A model generated the notes under the pieces. The model made no database searches. It had not been told where the DNA came from and worked only from the letters and a program-made list of their open reading frames with translations. Both the position numbers and the translations under genes were made by a program. Below are positions 28,592 to 36,468 of a DNA stretch of 64,000 nucleotides, piece after piece; positions within the stretch are counted from its first letter, which is position 1; every line of letters starts with the position of its first letter. The DNA is from a virus (Duplodnaviria; Caudoviricetes): the IMG/VR virus record IMGVR_UViG_3300027974_001530; one strand, 5' to 3'.

Positions 28592-30211
28592 TTATTTTAT
28601 TTTTATTTTTATTTTTGTTCCTATTTCATTTTTCTCACAGGTAATATTAAACCCGTGTTCTTCTAAAATAGCAACGCAAATATTTAATCCCAAACCAGTA
28701 CCAGATTCTTTTTGTCCTTCTTTTCTTGTATATGGTTTACATAGGTGGTCAAAATCTTCTTGTGTGATTCCTCTACCATTATCTTGAATGTAAACATAAT
28801 TCTCGTCTGAAGTTATTTTAACAAATTTAGAATCCGAATCATTATACTTTAAACCGTTTCTAATCAAGTTATCAACCGCAGTACAAAATAGTGCTTCGTT
28901 TACCTCAATAGTTGGTAACTCATCTATAATAACTTGACTAATATATGCAGTAGATGATAGATAATCAGATAGGATTAATTTTAAATCACATTCCGCTTTA
29001 TTTAAAACAACATCTTTTTTAACCAAATTGGTAAATTCGTAAACCCCTTTATATACTTTTTGAGAATGTTTTAAACCTTCTTTAATCATTCTAAGTGGGG
29101 ATTCTATTTTTAAATTTTTTATATCTTCAGGAGTTAATCTTCGTTCTAAAGAGCTTAATCCTCTTGGCATATATGTATTAATACCAGAGTGCATATCGTG
29201 TCTTAATATCTTTGCGGCATGCTCTAAATAGGTATTTTTCTTTTCAATCTCCATTTGTTGATTAATACTTTGGGTGATGTCAGTGGCGATTTTCATTACT
29301 CTATATGGTTTCCCATCGGTTCCTATGATGGGGTTATATGTCGCTTGGAGATAAATTAAAGATCCGTTTTTTTTCTTTCTAATGATTTCACCCATAAAGA
29401 ATTGACCACCTTTTAAAGTTTTCCAAAAGTTTGAATATTCTTCAGAGTCTTTTACCACATCTTCAACAAATATACTATGATGTTTTCCAACAAGTTCATC
29501 GTGCGAATCATAACCTAAAGTACTTAAAAATAAATCATTTGCAAATTTTATGTTACCATCTAAATCAAATTCAATAACGGCATTTGATCTGTTAATCGCA
29601 TTCATTCTATTTGATATTTCTTGTTCAGTCTTTTTTAAAGAAGTTAAGTCTTGACGAATTGACATAAACTCTAACAATTTACCGTTTTCATCAAAACTAC
29701 ATTTAATAAAAGTATCCACATAATAAAGACTTCCATCTTTTGCCCTATTGACACAAACCTCATTCCAAAGACCCTTATTCACAACAACAGTTTTATACAT
29801 ATTAGACCAAAACTCTTTTGGGTGTGTTCCAGAATTTACAATATTGTGGTCTTTACCAAGAACATCTTCTAATGAATAACCTGAGATTTCGGTAAATTTT
29901 TGATTAACGTATGTAATCTTTCCTTTTGCATCAGCTTTAGATATGATGGAAGAAGAATTTAAGAAATGTTCTAATTCTACCAATTTATCCACCGATTCTT
30001 TAGATACAGTATCTTTAGTGGAATTGATAAAGTCTTTAATTAATAACGCAGATATAGGGATGAGAGAAATAACCCCAAAAAATTCTAGCCATCTAGTTGT
30101 TTCTGTAGATTCTCGTAACCCAATAAGAACCGCAATTTTAACACACATAAATGCAATCATTAGTAAAGCGGCGATAACTAATGTTATTTTTATTCTTAAA
30201 CGATATTTCAT
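28592..30211 (-). CDS. Membrane PAS-PAS sensor histidine kinase
   Basis: Two N-terminal TM; two PAS/PAC domains; LRHD H-box; NLIRNGLKYN, DNGRG, GTGLGL ATPase boxes. Confidence 0.93.
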   Translation of the reverse strand: MKYRLRIKITLVIAALLMIAFMCVKIAVLIGLRESTETTRWLEFFGVISLIPISALLIKDFINSTKDTVSKESVDKLVELEHFLNSSSIISKADAKGKITYVNQKFTEISGYSLEDVLGKDHNIVNSGTHPKEFWSNMYKTVVVNKGLWNEVCVNRAKDGSLYYVDTFIKCSFDENGKLLEFMSIRQDLTSLKKTEQEISNRMNAINRSNAVIEFDLDGNIKFANDLFLSTLGYDSHDELVGKHHSIFVEDVVKDSEEYSNFWKTLKGGQFFMGEIIRKKKNGSLIYLQATYNPIIGTDGKPYRVMKIATDITQSINQQMEIEKKNTYLEHAAKILRHDMHSGINTYMPRGLSSLERRLTPEDIKNLKIESPLRMIKEGLKHSQKVYKGVYEFTNLVKKDVVLNKAECDLKLILSDYLSSTAYISQVIIDELPTIEVNEALFCTAVDNLIRNGLKYNDSDSKFVKITSDENYVYIQDNGRGITQEDFDHLCKPYTRKEGQKESGTGLGLNICVAILEEHGFNITCEKNEIGTKIKIKIK

Positions 30212-30278
30212 ATCAATAAATATGTCCTAACTCTTTACTTTTCAAAGTGAGATATATTTATAATGAAAATTAATTATT

Positions 30279-30875
30279 ATGAGTTATACAAGAGAACAGG
30301 TTGAAACCGCAGTAAAATCCAAAGGTTATGTTTGGTTTGAAGATACATCAAACAAAAGTTACGATGTTAATATCATTGGGATCAGAAATGCCGCTACAGG
30401 ACAAAAAGTTACTAATGTTTTTGATGATTATTTAACATTATCCTATAAAGTAGACGGTCAATGGAAATTCCATATTTGGCCAGCAACTACAGATCCAGGT
30501 AAAAAAGGTGTTATGGAATACCATAATAAAGATGGTGTTGCAAGATTGGTTGAGGGTCAATATAGAGGATCTCACACAATTAGATTACATCAAGGTAAAT
30601 ACGAAGCTTTAGGTCAAGCGAAAAACGTTAAGGTTTATCGTGATGCCAATAAAGATCTAATTTATGATGAGAAAAAAATTACTGAAGGTGTTTATGGTAT
30701 TAACATTCATAAAGCAGGTGCCGATTCAACATATGTTGAGAATTGGTCTGAAGGTTGTCAAGTATTTAAAAAATCTGCGGATTTTGAGGAGTTCATGAAG
30801 ATTTGTAGAAAAGCCAAAGAAATACATGGTAACTCATTTAGTTACACATTAATTAAATCAACAGATATTAAATAA
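30279..30875 (+). CDS. L,D-transpeptidase-like (YkuD-type) protein
   Basis: GINIH..WSEGCQV catalytic His/Cys pattern. Confidence 0.6.
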   Translation: MSYTREQVETAVKSKGYVWFEDTSNKSYDVNIIGIRNAATGQKVTNVFDDYLTLSYKVDGQWKFHIWPATTDPGKKGVMEYHNKDGVARLVEGQYRGSHTIRLHQGKYEALGQAKNVKVYRDANKDLIYDEKKITEGVYGINIHKAGADSTYVENWSEGCQVFKKSADFEEFMKICRKAKEIHGNSFSYTLIKSTDIK

Positions 30876-30900
30876 AATTGAAGGGACTTAGGTCCCTTTT

Positions 30901-30984
30901 TTATTTTTTGTTATATATCATATAAGACAATAAAACAATTCCCGCCAAAATAAAAGGGATTGAAATTCCGATAATAATTTCCAT
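30901..30984 (-). CDS. Small membrane peptide (27 aa)
   Basis: MEIIIGISIPFILAGIVLLSYMIYNKK downstream of a TATTTATT motif. Confidence 0.4.
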   Translation of the reverse strand: MEIIIGISIPFILAGIVLLSYMIYNKK

Positions 30985-31075
30985 AACGTTTTTTTTAATA
31001 AATAATAAATAAAATACCCAAAACTATACCAAATGAGCGGGGTCTGTCCCATAATGAACAAACCCCACATTCTTT

Positions 31076-31852
31076 TTATTTAAACCAAAGGTGTGACATT
31101 TTTTGAAGAACTTTGGTGTCACCTTCCCAAGACTTGATTTGTGAATTTGGAACCCAAAATTCCATCTCACCGATCTCCTCAACCCTCTTAAGGTATTCTT
31201 CACGGAATTTGTCAACTTGATTCACATCCGTAATGTATGTAACCCCCATGTGTTTAGCACATGTCTTACCCATTTTAGTCAACATTGAGAACTCGTCTGT
31301 AAGAGTCTTAGCACAACACACACAAACATCCCCACGTTTTACGGTCATTTTACCTGAGAATTTAACCGCCTTTGATGTGAAAGACAAAACTTTAGTGATA
31401 TCCAAAAGGATTGGGTTAAAGTTAAGTCCGTATTGTTCTTTAAGTTGTTGTCCGATTTTTCGACCAACTTTGATTGTGTCTCCAATCGCAGGAACGTTAA
31501 CTTTACGGATAACAGTTTTGTTCTCCTCTTTATCGATTTGTTTCAAACCAGTAGAGATCTGTTTTTCAGAAAGTTTACCGTATTGGTTAAGTTTGTTTTT
31601 AAGGTCAATAACGAAAGAGTTAGGACCTTCGTAAGATGCGATTTTTTTCATATCGTCAGTCATCTCAACTGATTTTGCCTCAACAGGATTGTTGAAAATC
31701 TTCTCAACCGCAGATCTTTGGTTAACTGTCAAAGAACCGTATTTAGAGACTGCGTCCTTCATTTTCAAGATGAAAGAATTTTTACCGTTGTAGTTTTTTA
31801 CCTGAGTTGTGATGTCTGTCGTCATATCCTTAATGTTTTTTGGTTTAAACAA
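31076..31852 (-). CDS. Hypothetical protein with DUF6011-like Zn finger
   Basis: CVCCAKTLTDEFS..MGKTCAK. Confidence 0.65.
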   Translation of the reverse strand: MFKPKNIKDMTTDITTQVKNYNGKNSFILKMKDAVSKYGSLTVNQRSAVEKIFNNPVEAKSVEMTDDMKKIASYEGPNSFVIDLKNKLNQYGKLSEKQISTGLKQIDKEENKTVIRKVNVPAIGDTIKVGRKIGQQLKEQYGLNFNPILLDITKVLSFTSKAVKFSGKMTVKRGDVCVCCAKTLTDEFSMLTKMGKTCAKHMGVTYITDVNQVDKFREEYLKRVEEIGEMEFWVPNSQIKSWEGDTKVLQKMSHLWFK

Positions 31853-31897
31853 AGATAAGGGAATTTCTGAGATCTACAAAATTTTTTTAAAAAAATG

Positions 31898-31969
31898 TAG
31901 CCCCACCTAGAATCGAACTAGGAACTAATCTTTAGAAGAGATTCGTTATATCCATTTAACTATGGGGCC
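31898..31969 (-). tRNA. tRNA-Arg(TCT)
   Basis: Manual cloverleaf; loop CTTCTAA. Confidence 0.95.
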
Positions 31970-32013
31970 ATTTTTAATATAGTAATATTTTACTAAAAAA
32001 TAAATATATTTTG

Positions 32014-32088
32014 TGGTCCCAGCAGGACTCGAACCTGCGACCCCTTGATTATGAGTCAAGTGCTACTAACCAACTGAGCTATAGGACC
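32014..32088 (-). tRNA. tRNA-CAT (elongator Met or Ile2)
   Basis: Cloverleaf; loop CTCATAA; G1-C72 paired; C4-G69. Confidence 0.9.
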
Positions 32089-32092
32089 TTTG

Positions 32093-32167
32093 ATGTCAGG
32101 GTGGGATTCGAACCCACAATGAGCAACCATAAAGGACTCGGCACCATGCCTCATTACACTCCTGACA
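32093..32167 (-). ncRNA. Non-canonical tRNA-like RNA, copy 1
   Basis: TGTCAGG/CCTGACA acceptor and canonical T-arm; no canonical anticodon arm. Confidence 0.7.
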
Positions 32168-32177
32168 AACAACGACT

Positions 32178-32264
32178 CTTCAGCATTCTACTCCCCGCAC
32201 ATACATAAATGTAACACGAAATTGTATCTAATTTAACCCTACGTTGGCGGTACGGGTACTGAAG
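32178..32264 (-). ncRNA. Unassigned structured RNA
   Basis: Stacked closing helices CTTCAGTA/TGCTGAAG and CCCGTAC/GTGCGGG. Confidence 0.45.
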
Positions 32265-32272
32265 TTTATCAT

Positions 32273-32359
32273 TGGTACTCGAAGAGGGACTCGAACCCTC
32301 ACAACCCACTGGTCAACAGAGCTTAAACCTGTCGTGTCTACCAATTCCACCATCCGAGC
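32273..32359 (-). tRNA. tRNA-Leu(TAA)
   Basis: Class II cloverleaf with encoded CCA. Confidence 0.95.
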
Positions 32360-32370
32360 ATTTTAAAGAG

Positions 32371-32433
32371 TTATTTTCTCTTTCTTACCATAAAGATAAA
32401 CAAAACAAATAATACAAATAATATTGGTGTCAT
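32371..32433 (-). CDS. Hydrophobic mini-peptide (20 aa)
   Basis: MTPILFVLFVLFIFMVRKRK. Confidence 0.3.
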   Translation of the reverse strand: MTPILFVLFVLFIFMVRKRK

Positions 32434-32449
32434 AATTTTTTAATATTTG

Positions 32450-32523
32450 TAGTCAGGACAGGACTCGAACCTGCAATCTCCCCAACATTCTGTCGGGGCG
32501 CGTTACCAATTAGCCACCTGACT
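32450..32523 (-). ncRNA. tRNA-like RNA with 9-nt anticodon loop (ACAGAATGT)
   Basis: Acceptor AGTCAGG/CCTGACT, D- and T-arms present; loop lacks U33. Confidence 0.7.
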
Positions 32524-32531
32524 AAATATTG

Positions 32532-32670
32532 TTGATAGTGATGGAGTACCCTTCTCGCTCCAATCTTAACTGCGTCTTCTGAGTTTTCTCAGGGCCCCGG
32601 CAGAGGGTGCTGAATTCCTGATCCACTCTGGATTGTCGACATCCGTTGAGGTGGGGAAAACCACTATCAA
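32532..32670 (-). ncRNA. Unassigned ~140-nt multibranch RNA
   Basis: 10-bp terminal helix TTGATAGTGG/TCACTATCAA; four internal hairpins; directly after boxA-like motif. Confidence 0.7.
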
Positions 32671-32690
32671 TATTTCAAAGAACTCTCTTT

Positions 32691-32766
32691 TGGCGGAGAT
32701 TACGGGAGTCGAACCCGCTCCGAACGCCGTGACAGGGCGACATCTTAACCATTTGACCTAATCTCC
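32691..32766 (-). tRNA. tRNA-Asp(GTC)
   Basis: Cloverleaf, G73, CCA. Confidence 0.95.
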
Positions 32767-32826
32767 AATAACCACACTTTAAAACCGTAGAGGTACAACT
32801 TGTGTGCTATGTTGTTCATTTCATTG

Positions 32827-32898
32827 TAGTCCCACCGGGAGTCGAACCCGACTTTCCAGGATGAAAACCTGGCGACCTAACCGATAGTCGATGGGACC
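32827..32898 (-). tRNA. tRNA-Glu(TTC)
   Basis: Cloverleaf; loop TTTTCAT. Confidence 0.93.
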
Positions 32899-32909
32899 AT
32901 TTTGTTTTA

Positions 32910-33191
32910 TTACAAACCTAACATTTCACCAACTTTTTTGAAATGTTTTTCAATTTTATTCAAAGAGGAGGTAGCCTTTTGTTTGGTTTTGAAGTACACG
33001 TAGAACTGACCACTTTCAGAATCAAATTCACCATCAATCTTTAAGACATTCTGAACAAAACTTTCAAACTCATATGCGTCTTCCCATTCACGGATTGTGT
33101 TTTTGTTTGGGTATCCTGTCAAACAATAATCATATCCCTCAATCTTTATAATTCTTAAACCTACTGTTTTAATTGTCTCTGTGTTTGTCAT
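32910..33191 (-). CDS. Hypothetical protein
   Basis: ORF behind a TTTG-N20-TATCTTTG promoter. Confidence 0.75.
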   Translation of the reverse strand: MTNTETIKTVGLRIIKIEGYDYCLTGYPNKNTIREWEDAYEFESFVQNVLKIDGEFDSESGQFYVYFKTKQKATSSLNKIEKHFKKVGEMLGL

Positions 33192-33428
33192 AGTTCTTTA
33201 TTTTTGTTCTACAAAGATATGTAATCTATTTTGATCTACCAAATCTTTTTTTAAATTTTTTTGTGGGACCCGCTCCCCACCCTAAACTTGTACTTCGTTC
33301 TATTAAGCGTTTTTTTCAGTTTCTTCAACCAGTCAGTATTCGTGTTAACTCTAATCATTTTAACTTTCGATGACTCTGAGGTTCCTGATAAAACTTCTCT
33401 CATCATTCATTTGTATTAATTGTTTATT

Positions 33429-33501
33429 TGGTGGACACTGTGGGAATCGAACCCATACGATCTGATTGCAAATCAGTCGACCTGCCGTCGGCATCAGGCC
33501 C
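33429..33501 (-). tRNA. tRNA-Ala(TGC)
   Basis: Loop TTTGCAA, G3:U70, CCA; imperfect acceptor stem. Confidence 0.8.
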
Positions 33502-33506
33502 ATTTG

Positions 33507-33578
33507 TGCGGGTAGAATGAATCGAACACTCGTCTCCACATTGGAAGTGTGGAGTAATAACCATTATACGATACCCGC
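33507..33578 (-). tRNA. tRNA-Gly(TCC)
   Basis: Cloverleaf; loop CTTCCAA. Confidence 0.93.
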
Positions 33579-33584
33579 TTATTG

Positions 33585-33665
33585 TACTGACGGTTGGATT
33601 CGAACCAACGTTTTAAACTTACCACTACAGTCATAGACGATATAAGCGTCCACTGGTACGTCAGC
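33585..33665 (-). ncRNA. tRNA-like RNA without a D-arm
   Basis: Acceptor GCTGACG/CGTCAGT and T-arm GTTGG/CCAAC; middle folds as a long stem capped by a CTTATAT loop. Confidence 0.7.
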
Positions 33666-33671
33666 ATTTAG

Positions 33672-33742
33672 TAGCGGATTCAGGGCTCGAACCTGGCCTC
33701 AGGGTTATGAGCCCCGTGTGCTACCAATTACACTAAACCGCA
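33672..33742 (-). tRNA. tRNA-fMet(CAT)
   Basis: 1:72 mismatch; three G-C pairs closing loop CTCATAA. Confidence 0.85.
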
Positions 33743-33747
33743 ATATG

Positions 33748-33869
33748 TAGGTAAAACAGGATTCGAACCTGTACGATATAGTTCCCTTTTCAAGAGACAT
33801 CCCCAGCTATATCTCGGTGACTTCTTACGGGGAATAAACCTAAGCGTCTGCCAATTCCGCCACTTACCT
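33748..33869 (-). ncRNA. 122-nt tRNA-like RNA with Leu-type D-arm and ~70-nt central domain
   Basis: AGGTAAG/TTTACCT acceptor, GCGGAATTGGCAGACGC D-arm, ACAGG-TTCGAAT-CCTGT T-arm. Confidence 0.75.
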
Positions 33870-33882
33870 ATTTAAAATTTTT

Positions 33883-33957
33883 TTGTCAGGGCCGGACTCG
33901 AACCGGATAAGCAACCTATAGGATTCGGGCACCGTCCCTCATTACGCCCACCTGACA
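33883..33957 (-). ncRNA. Non-canonical tRNA-like RNA, copy 2
   Basis: Paralog of 32093..32167; same length and conserved core. Confidence 0.7.
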
Positions 33958-33969
33958 AATTTATGTAGT

Positions 33970-34054
33970 TAGTAGTTGACTCACACTCTTGTTTCACCAT
34001 CTTGAGCCAACAGGTTAATGTACTTTACAAGTTTCCCGTTTCTTACAACCACTA
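33970..34054 (-). ncRNA. Unassigned structured RNA
   Basis: 9-bp closing helix TAGTGGTTG/CAACTACTA; GCTCA/TGAGT arm; follows boxA-like GTTCATTGAAA. Confidence 0.5.
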
Positions 34055-34155
34055 TATTTTTATTTCAATGAACTTCTTCTGTCTTCACGGGAGTAGGACA
34101 CCAACCTCTCACTTCCTACCCCCGTTGTTTGTCTTACAAATATACAAGGTTTTTT

Positions 34156-34320
34156 CTAATCTACCAAACTTTTTTTGTGTTTTTCTTTCCTTGTGTAATT
34201 ATTTTTTAAATCCATAGATCTAGTAACAAATCTACCATCAAAAAAACCTTGTTCTTTTTGAGCAACCCTTTGACTACCCAAGATCATCTTATGTACGATA
34301 TTTTTTTCCTTTGTTTTCAT
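34156..34320 (-). CDS. Small basic protein, ArfA-like C-terminal motif (54 aa)
   Basis: Manual translation ends FDGRFVTRSMDLKNNYTRKEKHKKSLVD. Confidence 0.5.
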   Translation of the reverse strand: MKTKEKNIVHKMILGSQRVAQKEQGFFDGRFVTRSMDLKNNYTRKEKHKKSLVD

Positions 34321-34321
34321 T

Positions 34322-34612
34322 TTAACAGTATCTTAAAATTTGAGTAATTAATTTATTTATATCCTCTTTAGTCTGATAACCCAAAACATCATTAGTTATT
34401 TTTGTGTCATAAGAAATTTCCCAATCATCTTTTGTTCCTTTAATAACGGCGACCTCATAATCATCATCATCTGAAGTATATGATCCACCCCCACCAAAAG
34501 GAGATTTAAATCTTACAACCGAGATTCCGTATCCTCCAGGAAAAAACAGTAATCCGTGAACCCCATTACCAATACCATGTGGTTTAAACTCTATATCATC
34601 AAATGTTATCAT
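34322..34612 (-). CDS. Hypothetical phage protein
   Basis: FPGGYGISVV..YEVAVI; start re-called at MITFDD behind a promoter. Confidence 0.75.
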   Translation of the reverse strand: MITFDDIEFKPHGIGNGVHGLLFFPGGYGISVVRFKSPFGGGGSYTSDDDDYEVAVIKGTKDDWEISYDTKITNDVLGYQTKEDINKLITQILRYC

Positions 34613-34850
34613 AAAACAAAGATACTGTTTATTTTTTAATTTCCAAAATTTCAAAGAACAAAAAAACCCACCTCTTTTGGAGATGGGTTTTCAAAATTTA
34701 TTATGTGTTAAATTATCATACCATCTCCTTATAGGAACGATCCTCAGCTATCGCCAATCCGCCTAATAATATGATATGTAAATTTTTCATTTGCGTTTTT
34801 ATTTGTTTTGTTATAAATATATGATACTTTTTAAAAGTGTCAAGTTTTAT

Positions 34851-35183
34851 TTAATAATTTCCATCTTCATCGTCGTAATCTTCATCTTCTTCACCAACTA
34901 TTGCGTAGTTAAGTTCATCAAGAATTACATTAACAGGGATCTCATCACCTTCTTCATTATAAAACATACCTTCAGTTCCATACTCAGAATAGTCAACAAG
35001 AGTAGACCCCTCTTCAACAAGTTCATTATACATGTCAATGACATCTTGTGGGTTAGCACTTTTTCCAAGTTCCATTCTAACACCCTCATACATACTTGGG
35101 ATACGAATCATACCCTCTTTATTTTCATTAATTACACGTTTAACAATACGTGATAAGTCTCTTTCTGTTAATCTATTTCTCAT
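34851..35183 (-). CDS. Hypothetical protein with RLTERDLSRIVKRVINE motif
   Basis: ORF track; shared motif. Confidence 0.85.
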   Translation of the reverse strand: MRNRLTERDLSRIVKRVINENKEGMIRIPSMYEGVRMELGKSANPQDVIDMYNELVEEGSTLVDYSEYGTEGMFYNEEGDEIPVNVILDELNYAIVGEEDEDYDDEDGNY

Positions 35184-35206
35184 TTTTATGTTTTTTATAT
35201 TTTTTA

Positions 35207-35539
35207 TTATGCATATTCTTCATCATCAAAGTCTTCGTCCTCATCGGCATTATAAAAACCTTCTTGGTTTAATAATTTTTCAATTTCATCAGCTAAATCT
35301 TCATTATTATCAGCATATAACGCCTCAATAATATCAAATTCATCCATTGAATTGATTTCTTCAATGTCATATCCACATTCATTTTCAAGGAAATCTCTCG
35401 CCTCTTCAATTAACTCTTGAAGTTCTTCACTATAGTACGGATCATACATACTTCTGTCTTTATAGTTGTCATTTTCATTAATTACACGTTTAACAATTCT
35501 TGTTAAATCTGATTCTGTTAGTCTAATTACTTTTTTCAT
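35207..35539 (-). CDS. Hypothetical protein with RLTESDLTRIVKRVINE motif
   Basis: ORF track; shared motif. Confidence 0.85.
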   Translation of the reverse strand: MKKVIRLTESDLTRIVKRVINENDNYKDRSMYDPYYSEELQELIEEARDFLENECGYDIEEINSMDEFDIIEALYADNNEDLADEIEKLLNQEGFYNADEDEDFDDEEYA

Positions 35540-35578
35540 TAAATGTTTTATTAATAAATATTCAATATACGATTTAAA

Positions 35579-35821
35579 TCACCACTTTCTTTTTTTATCA
35601 AGTTTTTTTGTTTTTTGATCCTCGATCATAGTTGCGTACTCATCTTTGGTTAATCTTTTAAAAGACTCATTATCCACATTACCAAATCTTTTTTTTGCAC
35701 TCGCCATTACTTGGATGAAGTTCTTACTCCACAAAATATTTGACCCTGCGACTTTACCGTTTTGAATTATATCAAAAACGTATAGGTATTCTCCTTCTTT
35801 ATTTTTCATCAACTTTTCCAT
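35579..35821 (-). CDS. Hypothetical protein (80 aa)
   Basis: Track ORF trimmed to MEKLMKNK because the upstream part overlaps two tRNAs. Confidence 0.7.
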   Translation of the reverse strand: MEKLMKNKEGEYLYVFDIIQNGKVAGSNILWSKNFIQVMASAKKRFGNVDNESFKRLTKDEYATMIEDQKTKKLDKKRKW

Positions 35822-35840
35822 CTTCACTTTTTTTTGTTTG

Positions 35841-35914
35841 TACCTCCGGCAGGACTCGAACCTGCAAAATTCACTTTCTAAGAGTGACGTGTATACCAAT
35901 TCCACCACGAAGGC
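35841..35914 (-). tRNA. tRNA-Leu(TAG), short variable loop
   Basis: Leu-type D-arm; loop CTTAGAA; variable region only ATTTT. Confidence 0.85.
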
Positions 35915-35921
35915 ATTTTTG

Positions 35922-35994
35922 AGCTCAGGGAGGGATTCGAACCCCCGTACCAAGGTTTTGCAGACCTGGGCCTAAACCACTCGACCACCTGAGC
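35922..35994 (-). tRNA. tRNA-Cys(GCA)
   Basis: Cloverleaf; U73. Confidence 0.95.
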
Positions 35995-35996
35995 AA

Positions 35997-36452
35997 TTAA
36001 CGGCAGTGGTGATCTGCCGCTCTTGTTGCAATTTGATTGTCAGGTTTAATATTTGCTTTATAACCTAACGACGTTGCCCACCCAACAACAGGAGAAACAA
36101 GTTTTGAACTGTAATGTTTATCTTCACAATTATAATCCAAATCTATTTCAACCTTAACTTTTACTTTTTGAGTTAACCATTCGGCAACCTCAATTGAATA
36201 ATCGGCTTCATTCCAAAGACGTGTCCACTTGTCTTTTATTTTTTTCACTTTTTGTTTGTGTAGGATGTAGTGAACACCACGATTACCATACCTGTAAGCA
36301 ATTACCGTAACATATACGGTACTTCTTCTATGGTTTTGTGAATCGGTTCCAATATGGATCTCAACCCATGGACATTCCTTTAAAACATCTAAGGTGTGTT
36401 TAACCACATCAGGTATCGCTTCACCATTAATTGTCCTAAATACTCTGTTCAT
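35997..36452 (-). CDS. YkuK/DUF458 RNase H-like protein
   Basis: IHIGTDSQ, RLWNEADYS, EIDLD, ATRAAD. Confidence 0.85.
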   Translation of the reverse strand: MNRVFRTINGEAIPDVVKHTLDVLKECPWVEIHIGTDSQNHRRSTVYVTVIAYRYGNRGVHYILHKQKVKKIKDKWTRLWNEADYSIEVAEWLTQKVKVKVEIDLDYNCEDKHYSSKLVSPVVGWATSLGYKANIKPDNQIATRAADHHCR

Positions 36453-36468
36453 TATTTCTTTTTATTTG

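Noticed and set aside
32560-32640. SAM-I-like GGTGCTGAATTCCTG on the plus strand
   Set aside because: Upstream SAM-I core is missing, no downstream gene in that orientation, and context favours a minus-strand RNA
33255-33410. 51-aa ORF or structured RNA upstream of 33191
   Set aside because: No recognisable motif and weak folding; cannot be supported
35822-35953. 5' extension of track ORF 35579..35953
   Set aside because: Overlaps tRNA-Leu and tRNA-Cys; real start is at 35821
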